From positions 128,001 through 192,000 of the forward strand of contig CAVVJT010000004.1 in the NCBI GenBank assembly GCA_963748625.1: a stretch of 64,000 nucleotides of DNA, written 5' to 3'. Both the position numbers and the translations under genes were made by a program. Origin of the DNA: an uncultured Chloroflexia bacterium (GTDB taxonomy: Bacteria; Chloroflexota; Limnocylindria; Limnocylindrales; CSP1-4). The notes under the pieces are model-generated. The model was not told the DNA's origin and searched no databases. It saw only the letters and a program-made list of their open reading frames with translations. Every line of letters starts with the position of its first letter. Position 1 is the stretch's first letter. Positions 1-8,837 of this stretch are shown here, in pieces.

Positions 1-260
1 CCCGCCCGCCACGGACGCGAGGGGCACACCGGACCACGCGGGAGGTACACCGATCCCCCGGGCACACCGGCCCAGCCGCGCTTCAGCGCCATGGCGCGGG
101 CATCCCCGACAGCGAGGAAGAGCGGTGCCCAGCCACCGCCGGAACGGTGCTCGGCCCAGGCGCGCGACTGGAGGACGTGCCCACCCGGCGCGTCGACCGC
201 CTGGGCGTCCCAGTCCTCGAGCTCGGCTGCTGCCAGCTCCCTGACGGCCGACCTGGTCAC
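1..260 (-). CDS. FemAB/FemX-family peptidoglycan bridge aminoacyltransferase, N-terminal part (runs off the window edge)
   Basis: Not in the ORF track; translated by hand. GTG at 260 overlaps the upstream stop (GTGA). Reads MTRSAVRELAAAELEDWDAQAVDAPGGHVLQSRAWAEHR...YLPRGPV, matching the FemAB N-terminal pattern (WD...LQS..W...PRGP). Confidence 0.8.
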   Translation of the reverse strand, partial: MTRSAVRELAAAELEDWDAQAVDAPGGHVLQSRAWAEHRSGGGWAPLFLAVGDARAMALKRGWAGVPGGSVYLPRGPVCPSRPWRA

Positions 261-1369
261 GCGTCGCCCCCGGCGTCGCCCCCGCCGCCGAAGCCCGCCG
301 CGGTGGTCCCGCCGGCACCCGAAAGGCCGTGGCGCATGCGTTCCAGGCGGACACGTGCCTGCACGGCAAGGGAGTAGGTGCGCCGGCCAACGGGGTCGAG
401 CACAAGGTCCCACGCCCCGACGTAGCGGATCTCGCGCCCGCCGAACCCGGTCTTGAAGTGCGCGATCCCCGGGTGCGCGAGGCCCCACATGTCGTAGCTC
501 GTCGCGCCCGCCGCCTTGGACGAGCGGATCGCCTCCCACTTGAGCAGGTAGTTCGCACGCGAGTCCGCTCCGGCCTGGGTCATGCCGCCATACGGCTCCA
601 CCACTCTGCTGCCGCTGCGCACGAGGAACAGGGTCGCCGCCGGCGTTCCGTCCGGGAGCTGCGCAAACAGCAGCCGGGCGTGGCCGGCGGGGGCGTAGGC
701 ATCCCAGGCATCACGGTAGGCCGACAGGGCACGGATCAGGAACCCGGCGCGCTCTGCCGTCTCCTGGTAGATCGCGTAGAACTCGTCGAGCCGCTCGGGG
801 CCGGCGTCCACGATCTGCACGCCGGCCGCCCGGGCCTTGTTCACGTACTGGCGCCACTTCTTGCGCAGATCCGCGTAGAGGGCATCCTCGTCGGCCGTGA
901 GGTCGATGACGCGCGTGGAGACGGGCTGGATCGGGTCCGCCGGCCTCCAGCCAGTGGCGGTCAGCGCGGCGGTCAGCGCTCCGTCAGCATCGGCGCCGGC
1001 GCCGCGCTCGATCTCCGGGTCGATGCGCAGGTGGCTCACCCGGCCTCCGAGCCGCAGGCCCGCTTGGGCCAGGTTCGTGAAACGGGCGACGGACGGCTGG
1101 TCCCACGTGGCGAGCACGGGACCCCGCGGCGCATACGCGAACGCCCACGGCAACGGACCCGGTCGGCGGAGCAGCACTTGGGCCCCCACCCCGGCATCGC
1201 CGGGGTCCAGGAGGCGGCGCGAGGTCCAGCCGTTGACGGCCTTGACCTGCGCCCATGCCGAGAGTTGGAGGTAGGAGCCGAGGGGGTTCGCCTCGACCAC
1301 CGCGTCCCACTCGGCTTCGGTCGGTTGGACGGGCGGCGTGGCGCCGGCGCCCGAGGGTCGCGCTGTCAT
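257..1369 (-). CDS. FemAB/FemX-family lipid II aminoacyltransferase
   Basis: Motifs EWDAVV...YLQLSAWAQVK, YAPRGPV, LRIDPE, KKWRQYVNKA, YLLKWEAI, YDMWG, FKTGFGG. Start moved to ATG 1369, which overlaps the murJ stop (ATGA). Confidence 0.9.
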   Translation of the reverse strand: MTARPSGAGATPPVQPTEAEWDAVVEANPLGSYLQLSAWAQVKAVNGWTSRRLLDPGDAGVGAQVLLRRPGPLPWAFAYAPRGPVLATWDQPSVARFTNLAQAGLRLGGRVSHLRIDPEIERGAGADADGALTAALTATGWRPADPIQPVSTRVIDLTADEDALYADLRKKWRQYVNKARAAGVQIVDAGPERLDEFYAIYQETAERAGFLIRALSAYRDAWDAYAPAGHARLLFAQLPDGTPAATLFLVRSGSRVVEPYGGMTQAGADSRANYLLKWEAIRSSKAAGATSYDMWGLAHPGIAHFKTGFGGREIRYVGAWDLVLDPVGRRTYSLAVQARVRLERMRHGLSGAGGTTAAGFGGGGDAGGDA

Positions 1370-3033
1370 GCGCGCCCACGCCGGCGCAGGAGGTCCACCA
1401 TCACCCCGACGATAGACCGGAGCTCGTCGATGCGCAACGCGAGCGAGCCGGCGATGATCACGGCGCCGCCCGCGGCGACCGCGAGGCAGATGCGGACCAG
1501 CAGCAGGAGGAACCCCGGCGCCACCCCCCAGGCGCCGATGAGGGCCTGGTTGACGCCGTACGCCACGAGCGCCCCGGCGAAGGAGACGATGACGGTCTTC
1601 GCCATCACCACCCACACGTGGCCCATGCCGGGCCTGAGACCCGGGACCCGGCGGATCAGCAGCACCACGAGCACCGTGGTCTCGAGCCACGCGGAGATGG
1701 CGATCGCAGCCGCAAGGCCATTGAGCCCCAGCGGCGCGATCAGGAGGTTCGCGACGACGATGTTCGCGACCACCGCCACCAGCGCGGCAGCCACCGGCGT
1801 CTTCGTGTCCTGGAGCGCATAGAAGGAGCGGGCCAGAACCGTGATCAGCGAGTGCGCGGTAAGACCGAGCAGGAAGATCGAGAGCGCCGCCGCCATCGCC
1901 CGCAGGTCGCTCTCCTCCATGCCCGTCATTCCGAACAGGAGGTGGACGAAGTCACCGGAGACCACGATCCCGAGTGCCGCGATCGCGACCATGACGTACC
2001 CGAGCAATGCAAGACCACGCGTCACGAGCCGGGTGAAGCCCTCGCCGGCACCGAGCGCGGCCTCGCGGGACAGCGACGGCAGCAGGACGATCCCGAGCGG
2101 GACCCCGATGACCCCGATCGGGATCTGCAGCAGGACGAAGGCGGCGTTGAACACGGAGATCGCCCCGCCCCCGAGTGTCGAGGCAAGGCTCGTCATCACC
2201 ACGAACACGATCTGCGTGGCACCGAGGCCGATCGCCCTCGGCACCATCAGCAGCAGCGCGGTCCGTGCCTGGTCGTCGCCCAGGTCGACGAACGGCCTGA
2301 TCCTGGCTCCGATCCCGACGAGGGCCGGGATCTGCACCAGGATGTGCCCCAACGCTCCGAGCACCACGCCGTAGGCCAAGCCCTGTACCCCGAATGCCGG
2401 TACGAGGGCGATGGCCCCGAAGATCATCGCCAGGTTGTAGACGAGGGGCGCGAGGGCTGCCGCCCCGAACCGTTCCCGGGAGTTGAGGACGCTCGTGGCG
2501 ATGGCTCCTGCGGCGAGCAGCACCGGTGCGAGGACCATGATCCTCGTGAGCTCCGTCGTCTGGGCCACCTGGGCGGCATTGAAGCCCGGGGTGATGACCG
2601 CGATGAGCTCGGGGGCGAACCACATGACGAGCGCTGCCAGCACAAGCAGGCCGGAGAGCATCAGGGTCGTGACCGTCGAGACCACGCGCCAGGCGCGGGC
2701 ATCCTCCTCCTTGGCGAACAGCCCGGCGACCACGGGGATCAATGCCGACGACAGGGCGCCTGCGGCAACGAGCTGGAACATGAGGTCTGGGATCCGGAAG
2801 GCCGCGTAGAACGGGTCCAGCTCCTTCAGACCAGGGAACGCAGAGATGTAGACGATGGTCCTGACGTACCCGAGCACCCGCGACAGCAGGAACATCCCCG
2901 TGACGATGAGTCCGGCGCGGGCCAGGAACCGTGCCGACGACGCGCCCTTGCGCTGTGCTGCGGCGGCCGCTCCCGGGTGGAGGGTTGTCTCCTCGTCGGC
3001 GACGACGCCCGTCAGGACATCGGGGTCGTCCAT
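1366..3033 (-). CDS. murJ: Lipid II flippase MurJ (MviN)
   Basis: LSRVLGYVR, AAFRIPD, GALSSALIP, APLVYN, QIPIGVIG, RSFYALQDTKTP; many TM segments. Start ATG 3033 abuts the xerC stop. Confidence 0.93.
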   Translation of the reverse strand: MDDPDVLTGVVADEETTLHPGAAAAAQRKGASSARFLARAGLIVTGMFLLSRVLGYVRTIVYISAFPGLKELDPFYAAFRIPDLMFQLVAAGALSSALIPVVAGLFAKEEDARAWRVVSTVTTLMLSGLLVLAALVMWFAPELIAVITPGFNAAQVAQTTELTRIMVLAPVLLAAGAIATSVLNSRERFGAAALAPLVYNLAMIFGAIALVPAFGVQGLAYGVVLGALGHILVQIPALVGIGARIRPFVDLGDDQARTALLLMVPRAIGLGATQIVFVVMTSLASTLGGGAISVFNAAFVLLQIPIGVIGVPLGIVLLPSLSREAALGAGEGFTRLVTRGLALLGYVMVAIAALGIVVSGDFVHLLFGMTGMEESDLRAMAAALSIFLLGLTAHSLITVLARSFYALQDTKTPVAAALVAVVANIVVANLLIAPLGLNGLAAAIAISAWLETTVLVVLLIRRVPGLRPGMGHVWVVMAKTVIVSFAGALVAYGVNQALIGAWGVAPGFLLLLVRICLAVAAGGAVIIAGSLALRIDELRSIVGVMVDLLRRRGRA

Positions 3034-4019
3034 CAGGTCGCCCTTGCCCGCGGATGGGCCACGCGGTAGGCATCGCGCAGCCGGCCCGGCGACACGTGCG
3101 TGTAGACCTGGGTGGTGGCAAGGCTCTCGTGGCCGAGCAGCTCCTGCACGACCCGCAGGTCCGCCCCGCCGTCGAGCAGGTGGGTGGCGAACGAGTGGCG
3201 CAGGGTGTGCGGGCTCACACCATCGGGCAGGCCGGCGTTGCGGCACAGGCGGTCGAGGCGCAACCGCATGCCACGCACGCCGAGCGGCGCACCGCGGTGG
3301 TTGAGGAAGACGGCCGTCGACTCGATGGTGGCCGGGACCGCGCGCTCCGCGAGCACCGGCCGGCCCTGGGCCAGGTAGTCGCGCAGCGCCTCGCGGGCCG
3401 GCCGACCCAGCAGCCCGATCCGCTCCTTGCGCCCCTTGCCCATCACACGGATCTCGCCCCGGCGCAGGTCGAGCCGGCCGAGGTCGGCCGCGGCGAGCTC
3501 GCTGATGCGCAGACCGGCGGCATACGCCGTCTCGACGAGCGCACGGTCCCGCTCGGCAAGAGCCAGGGCAAGCGCCGGGTCGGTCCGGCTGGTCCGCGTG
3601 GAGCCGTCGCCGGCCGCCACGAAGTCCTCGTCCACCGCGGCCATGAGCGCGTCGATCTGGGTGACCTCGAGCACCTTCGGGAGGCGCCGCGGCAGGCGTG
3701 GTGTCGCGATCGCGCCCCACGGATCGCCCGGAGCAATGTCGGCCCGCACACAGTAGCGGTGGAAGGCGCGCAGGGCGGCCAGGCGCTGGGCGACCGAGGT
3801 CCGCGCATGCCCCTCGGACAATTCGGCCAGGTACGTGCGTAGCGCTGCCTTGCCGGGGTCGCGCCAGTCAGCGCCGCGCGCATCGAGCCAGGCGAGGTAG
3901 GTCTCGATCGAGGACTCGTAGGAGCGGCGCGTGTGCGGCGATGTGTCGCGGGCCTCGAGCGAGCGCAGGAAGCGGTTCAGTGCCTCCGTGCCCGTCACAG
4001 GTGCGGGCCCCCCGTTCAC
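3033..4019 (-). CDS. xerC: Tyrosine recombinase XerC
   Basis: SPHTRRSY, RDRALVETAYAAGLRISEL, MGKGRKER, SPHTLRHSFATHLLDGGADLRVVQELLGHESLATTQVYTH. GTG start overlaps the topA stop; topA-xerC synteny. Confidence 0.92.
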   Translation of the reverse strand: MNGGPAPVTGTEALNRFLRSLEARDTSPHTRRSYESSIETYLAWLDARGADWRDPGKAALRTYLAELSEGHARTSVAQRLAALRAFHRYCVRADIAPGDPWGAIATPRLPRRLPKVLEVTQIDALMAAVDEDFVAAGDGSTRTSRTDPALALALAERDRALVETAYAAGLRISELAAADLGRLDLRRGEIRVMGKGRKERIGLLGRPAREALRDYLAQGRPVLAERAVPATIESTAVFLNHRGAPLGVRGMRLRLDRLCRNAGLPDGVSPHTLRHSFATHLLDGGADLRVVQELLGHESLATTQVYTHVSPGRLRDAYRVAHPRARAT

Positions 4020-6445
4020 GCGCCGCGGCTGCGGCGCGTACCCGAGGCGGAGCCCGACCGTCCGGTGGACCCGGGCTTCGTCGCTCGCTTCGTCCCCTCT
4101 CCGCCCGTCCGGCCGCCCTTGCGGCTGCCGCGGGCGGGTCGCTCGAGGGCGGCCGGGTTCGGCGGGCCACCCTCCAGCACGAGGCCCGCGACGATGTCCG
4201 CGGGCAGCGGAACCGCTGCGCCACAGGTCAGGCAAAGGCCGTCGTCCCCCTTGCGGGCCACGGCGCCCTTGCCGTCCTCGTGACCCATGTGCAGGGCGCC
4301 CGTCGGCTCGTCGTTGGTGGTGTAGTCGCACTTCGGATAGGCGGAGCACCCCCAGAAGACGTTCCCGGTGCGCCGGGCGCGACGCGCCACCAGCTTCCCG
4401 TCGCCGTTCTTGGGGCAGACCACCTCGAAGGGGAGCGGGTCGGGCGGCGGGGGCCCATCCTTCTTGATGTAGCTGCAGTCCGGGTAGCGCGAGCAGCCGA
4501 CGAAGGCGCCGAACCGGCCGCGCTTGGTGGCCAGCGTGCCCTCGCCGCACTCCGGGCAGGTCTCACCCTCGCCCTCGAGGTGCGGGCCCTCCTCGCCGGG
4601 CAGGGGCCTCGTCTCCTTGTGGTCCGGATACGTGGAGCAGGCGAGGAACTTCCCGTTGCGCCCCAGGCGGATCACCATCGGATGGCCTTCCGAGCAGACC
4701 TCGTCGGTCTCCTCGGTGGTGATGTCGCGGCGTTTGACGGTCTTGCGGACCTCTGCGACGCGATCGCGGAGCGGTCCGAAGAATGCGCGCAGAAGGGGAA
4801 CCCACTCCCGCTCGCCCTCCGCGACCTCGTCGAGATCGCCTTCCATCCGGGCGGTGAACGCGAGGTCCACGTACTCGCTGAAGTACGTGACGAGGAAGTC
4901 GGTGACGATCTCCCCGATCTCCTCGGGCCGCAGGCGCTTCTCCACCACCTTCACGTAGCCGCGGTCCACGATGGTGGAGATCGTGGCTGCATACGTGGAT
5001 GGCCGGCCGATGCCGTGCTCCTCGAGCGCCTTGATCAGGGTGGCCTCGGTGTACCGGGGCGGCGGCTCGGTGAAGTGCTGCGTGGGCGTGACCGACTTGA
5101 CCGACGTCACGTCGCCGGCCGTCAGCACCGGCAGGGTGCCCTCCGCCTCCTCGGTGTCGTCATCGCGACCCTCCGTGTAGACACGGGCGAAGCCCTCGAA
5201 CAGCGTCCGCGTCGCCGACGCCCGCAGGCGGTACGGTCCGTCGACCAGCTCGATGGCCGTGGTCTCGAGCTCCTTGGGCGCCATCTGCGAGGCGATCGCG
5301 CGCTGCCAGATCAGGCGGTAGAGCTTGTACTCGTCCGCCTTGAGATGCTGGCGCAGTGCGTCCGGGTCACGCTGGAACGATGTGGGCCGGATGGACTCGT
5401 GGGCTTCCTGGGCGCCCTTCTGCTTCGTCTTGTAGACCCGGCCCTTGCCCGTGCCGTACTCGGGCCCGAAGCGCTCCGCGATCATCGCCTGCGCCTCCGC
5501 CATGGCGACAGCGGCGATGGACGTGGAGTCCGTCCGCATGTAGGTGATGAGGCCGACGTGCCCGTCGGGCGTGTCGATGCCCTCGTACAGGTCCTGGGCA
5601 ACGGACATCGTGCGCTTGGGGCTGAAGCCGAGCTTGCGACTGGCCTCCTGCTGGAGGGTGCTCGTGGTGAAGGGCGGCGACGGCGTGCGCTTGGAGGTCT
5701 TCGTCGTGACCGAGTCCACCACCGGCCGAAGTGCCCGGATCGCGGCGGCGTGGCGCTCCGCGGTCTCGCCGTCCCCGATGTCCACGGCCTTGCCGTCGAT
5801 ACGCGCCAGGTCCGCCGTGAAGGCGACCCCGCCCTCGGTGAGCAGCATGGCCTGGAGCGTCCAGTACTCGCGGGCGGTGAAGGCCCGGATCTCCCGCTCC
5901 CGCTCCACGACCATGCGCACGGCCACGGACTGCACGCGTCCGGCCGACAGGCCACCGCGGACCTTGCGCGAGAGGAGCGGGCTCAAGGTGTAGCCGACCA
6001 GCCGGTCCACGATGCGGCGCGCCTGCTGGGCATCGACGAGATTGCGGTCGACATCGCGCGGGTGGGCGAAGGCGTCGCGGATCGCGCCCTCCGTGATCTC
6101 GCTGAACGTCACGCGGCGGGTCTTGGCAGCCGGGACGTGGGCCGCCTCCGCGACGTGCCAGGCGATCGCCTCCCCCTCCCGGTCAAGGTCGGTGGCGAGG
6201 TACACGAGGTCAGCTGCCTTCGCAGCCCGTGTGATGTCCGACACCTGCTTGCGCCGGTCATCAGGGACCACGTACTCAGGCTCGAAATCGTGGTCCACGT
6301 CCACGCCGAACTTGCCCTTGCCCGGGTTCTCGGGCAGGTCCCGGACGTGCCCGTACGAGGCGAGGACCTGGTAGTCGGCGCCGAGGTAGCGCTCGATGGT
6401 CCGCGCCTTCGCGGGCGATTCGACGATCACGAGGTTCTTGGCCAT
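4016..6445 (-). CDS. topA: DNA topoisomerase I with C-terminal Zn ribbons
   Basis: NLVIVESPAKA, ATDLDREGEAIAWH, SAGRVQS, LITYMRTDS, AQEAHESIRPT, GIGRPSTYA, several C4 Zn-ribbon repeats. Confidence 0.97.
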   Translation of the reverse strand: MAKNLVIVESPAKARTIERYLGADYQVLASYGHVRDLPENPGKGKFGVDVDHDFEPEYVVPDDRRKQVSDITRAAKAADLVYLATDLDREGEAIAWHVAEAAHVPAAKTRRVTFSEITEGAIRDAFAHPRDVDRNLVDAQQARRIVDRLVGYTLSPLLSRKVRGGLSAGRVQSVAVRMVVEREREIRAFTAREYWTLQAMLLTEGGVAFTADLARIDGKAVDIGDGETAERHAAAIRALRPVVDSVTTKTSKRTPSPPFTTSTLQQEASRKLGFSPKRTMSVAQDLYEGIDTPDGHVGLITYMRTDSTSIAAVAMAEAQAMIAERFGPEYGTGKGRVYKTKQKGAQEAHESIRPTSFQRDPDALRQHLKADEYKLYRLIWQRAIASQMAPKELETTAIELVDGPYRLRASATRTLFEGFARVYTEGRDDDTEEAEGTLPVLTAGDVTSVKSVTPTQHFTEPPPRYTEATLIKALEEHGIGRPSTYAATISTIVDRGYVKVVEKRLRPEEIGEIVTDFLVTYFSEYVDLAFTARMEGDLDEVAEGEREWVPLLRAFFGPLRDRVAEVRKTVKRRDITTEETDEVCSEGHPMVIRLGRNGKFLACSTYPDHKETRPLPGEEGPHLEGEGETCPECGEGTLATKRGRFGAFVGCSRYPDCSYIKKDGPPPPDPLPFEVVCPKNGDGKLVARRARRTGNVFWGCSAYPKCDYTTNDEPTGALHMGHEDGKGAVARKGDDGLCLTCGAAVPLPADIVAGLVLEGGPPNPAALERPARGSRKGGRTGGEGTKRATKPGSTGRSGSASGTRRSRGA

Positions 6446-6512
6446 GTCGGCCGGGAGTCTAGCACCGGCCACTTATCCGCCAGTCACGACCTCGGCCCGC
6501 GCATGTGGACGG

Positions 6513-6950
6513 CTAGATGTCCCGGATGCGGCGCAGGAAGTCCTCGTCGATCTCGAGGTCGGTCTCCGGCTCGTCCAGGACGAGGTCCTCTCCGTCGTCC
6601 GGGATCAGGACGGGCAGGCGCCCGGCAGCATCGCCGGGGCCATCCGCCGGGCTGGCGCTGGTGCCCGCAGCCGTCGGCGCCCCTGCTCCCGTCACGGCGC
6701 CGGTGGCGATGGTGGCGCCCGTCTCCGCGATGTGCCGCTCCATCTCCTCGGGCGGGATCTCGATGAAGCGGATGACGCGGTACGGGAAGAAGAAGACGGA
6801 GTCGATGCGGTCGATGAAGATCGGCCGCTTCCCATCGAGCGAGCGCACCCTGGTGCAGATGAGGCCCGCATCGCTCGCGGTGGGCAGGGCAAAGACGTCG
6901 GCCAGCAGCGGCTGCTCGTTGGCGACGTGGATGACGACGTTGCGGATCAC
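6513..6950 (-). CDS. Conserved hypothetical protein: beta-rich N-terminus, acidic tail ending DEDFLRRIRDI
   Basis: High-GC coding pattern; fills the gap between the CAP-domain gene and topA. Start is GTG 6950 or ATG 6968. Confidence 0.7.
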   Translation of the reverse strand: MIRNVVIHVANEQPLLADVFALPTASDAGLICTRVRSLDGKRPIFIDRIDSVFFFPYRVIRFIEIPPEEMERHIAETGATIATGAVTGAGAPTAAGTSASPADGPGDAAGRLPVLIPDDGEDLVLDEPETDLEIDEDFLRRIRDI

Positions 6951-7022
6951 GCTCGCATGCTCGCCCATCCGGCCTCGGGCGTCACCGGCCCGATGGTCCC
7001 GGTGCGCAAGCCCGGCCGAAGG

Positions 7023-8663
7023 TCAGGGGTGGTAGAAGTCCACGACCAGGCGCACCCGGCCACCCGACACCCACACACCGATCCCTGCCCGGTCGTACTT
7101 GGGGTTCATCAGGTTCACGTAGTGCCCGCCGAGGTACGACTTCTCGCTCTGGAAGTACAGGTGCGAGCCCAGGACCGCCGAGTACGGGTTGCCCGACCGG
7201 CAGCCGAGGTTCTCGGCCCAGCGGTAGCTGTCGTAACCCGCCCGCTCCAGGCGGTTGCCCGGATTCCCGCCCACGAAGTGACTGCAGATGCCGCGCGTGG
7301 CCAGGAGCTTCGCGTACGGCCGTGAGACCTCGCTGCTGATCCCGGAACTGAGGGCCAATGGGGCGACGTCGCGACCGCCGGGCGATCGGCAGTCCCCACC
7401 GGATGTCACCCAGCCACCGGTGCGGGTGCAGTTCATGAGCTTGAGGTAGTACGCCTCGACACCGGTCCAGGAGCCCGACACCGCACCTCCGCCGCCGGAG
7501 CGCGGGATGTCCTTCTTGCTGCTCGACGCCGGGGGCGCCGCTGCGGGCTTGGGCTTCGGCTTGGGCTTGGGTTTCTTGGCCACCGTGAACTTGCCGGTCT
7601 CGGCCCGCGCGACCGCCACGCCGGCCTTAGACACGCTGCCCGGGCCAACCGTGGCCACGACCTTCGCGGCATAGGGCAGGGGTTCGGCGGGCCGGAAGAC
7701 CAGGACCTCGCCGGCCTCCGCCCAGAGCACGGTTCCCTTCACGGGCTTGCCGTTGGCGGTCACCTTGAACGCCGCAGCGGTGGCTTTGCGGTTCATCATC
7801 TCGTCGAAGCGGACCGAGATCAGCGCCGAGCGCTCGATGTCTCCCTCGCCCTCACGCGGCCGGAATCGGACGACGGACGGAGCGTCCGCGGTGCGCACCA
7901 CAAGCTCCGGAACGGCCTCGAAGGCGACTCCGTCAGCGTCCTGGAGCCCATCGAGCGCGACCCGGTAGCTGGTCGACGGCGTAAGCGGCTCATCAGGTGT
8001 GAAGACGAAGGTGCCGCGGGCCTCGCCCTCGACCAGCGATCCCGCGACGGCGGGCGTGATCCGGAGCGCGTCCCGCACCACGTCGAGAGCAAGTGGCTTG
8101 TCCAGCGTGATCTTGATGGCGGTGGTGGTCTTGGCCCGCTTGCCGAGGACCCTGGTCGCCTCGAGAGCGACGGTGCCCGGCTTGGATGTCAGGATGACCG
8201 CCCGCAGGGCGGCGGCCAGCGCTCCCCCATCCGCGGCCCGCGCGGCCGTACTCACGGTGATGGTGTACAGGGTGTCAGCGTTCCAGTGGGCAACCGGGGC
8301 GATCGAGAGGGTTCGCGCGTCAGGGCTCCAGGCGAAGCTCACGGCCGCATCCGGGCTGATCCGCAGGGCGGCAGCGACCGTCGCCGGATCCATCGGCGCA
8401 TCGAAGGTGACACGGAAGGGGCGGGTCAGGCCATGACCGGTGGCGACCGTGCCCTGGATGGACGCGGCGACGGGCTCAGGGACGGACTGCCGCACGGCCA
8501 CGCTTGGCGCCGGCGGAAGCCCAGCCATCACCAGGACAGCGATCAGGGTGGCGGCCACGAGACCGGCTCCCGTGCGGCCCGCGACGGACCCTGGCACGAC
8601 CACCGGCAGGTAGACGCGCAGGAGCACCGGGACCGCGAGCAGGATCGCACCCAGCTTCCGCAA
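7023..8663 (-). CDS. Membrane-anchored/secreted protein with tandem Ig-like (Big_5-type) domains and a C-terminal CAP/SCP domain
   Basis: N-terminal TM segments; repeats such as VTFDAPMD...LYTITV and VRFDEMMN; KP-rich linker; CAP motifs SH..GGNPGNRL, WAENLG, GHYVNLMNPKYDRAGIGV. TTG start at 8663 with a GGAGG SD. Confidence 0.8.
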   Translation of the reverse strand: MRKLGAILLAVPVLLRVYLPVVVPGSVAGRTGAGLVAATLIAVLVMAGLPPAPSVAVRQSVPEPVAASIQGTVATGHGLTRPFRVTFDAPMDPATVAAALRISPDAAVSFAWSPDARTLSIAPVAHWNADTLYTITVSTAARAADGGALAAALRAVILTSKPGTVALEATRVLGKRAKTTTAIKITLDKPLALDVVRDALRITPAVAGSLVEGEARGTFVFTPDEPLTPSTSYRVALDGLQDADGVAFEAVPELVVRTADAPSVVRFRPREGEGDIERSALISVRFDEMMNRKATAAAFKVTANGKPVKGTVLWAEAGEVLVFRPAEPLPYAAKVVATVGPGSVSKAGVAVARAETGKFTVAKKPKPKPKPKPAAAPPASSSKKDIPRSGGGGAVSGSWTGVEAYYLKLMNCTRTGGWVTSGGDCRSPGGRDVAPLALSSGISSEVSRPYAKLLATRGICSHFVGGNPGNRLERAGYDSYRWAENLGCRSGNPYSAVLGSHLYFQSEKSYLGGHYVNLMNPKYDRAGIGVWVSGGRVRLVVDFYHP

Positions 8664-8778
8664 TACGTCTACCTCCAACTGCCCAGCCGGGTGCCGCCGT
8701 CACGCGGGACCGGCCCCGGGGACGAGACGAGCTCGTGCTGGGACGGCCGGGGATGGGCGGAGGGTACCACCGGGTTCC

Positions 8779-8809
8779 ACGGTCGGGCAACCGTCAGCAT
8801 GCCCGACCG
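8779..8809 (-). terminator. Hairpin downstream of dprA
   Basis: Inverted repeat CGGTCGGGCA ... TGCCCGACCG just after the dprA stop; no clear U-tract. Confidence 0.4.
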
Positions 8810-8837
8810 CACCACCGGGCGGCGGTCAACCTCACCA

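Noticed and set aside
3033-4019. Tyrosine recombinase as a prophage or island integrase
   Set aside because: XerC-type motifs and topA synteny; no att repeats or mobile cargo nearby.
329-6766. Long plus-strand ORFs (329..1822, 1255..3069, 3698..6766) and similar ones elsewhere (e.g. 8286..10610, 23318..25366, 42157..44457, 54994..57054)
   Set aside because: Antisense or off-frame shadows of real genes, expected at very high GC; Arg/Pro/Gly-rich with no family motifs.
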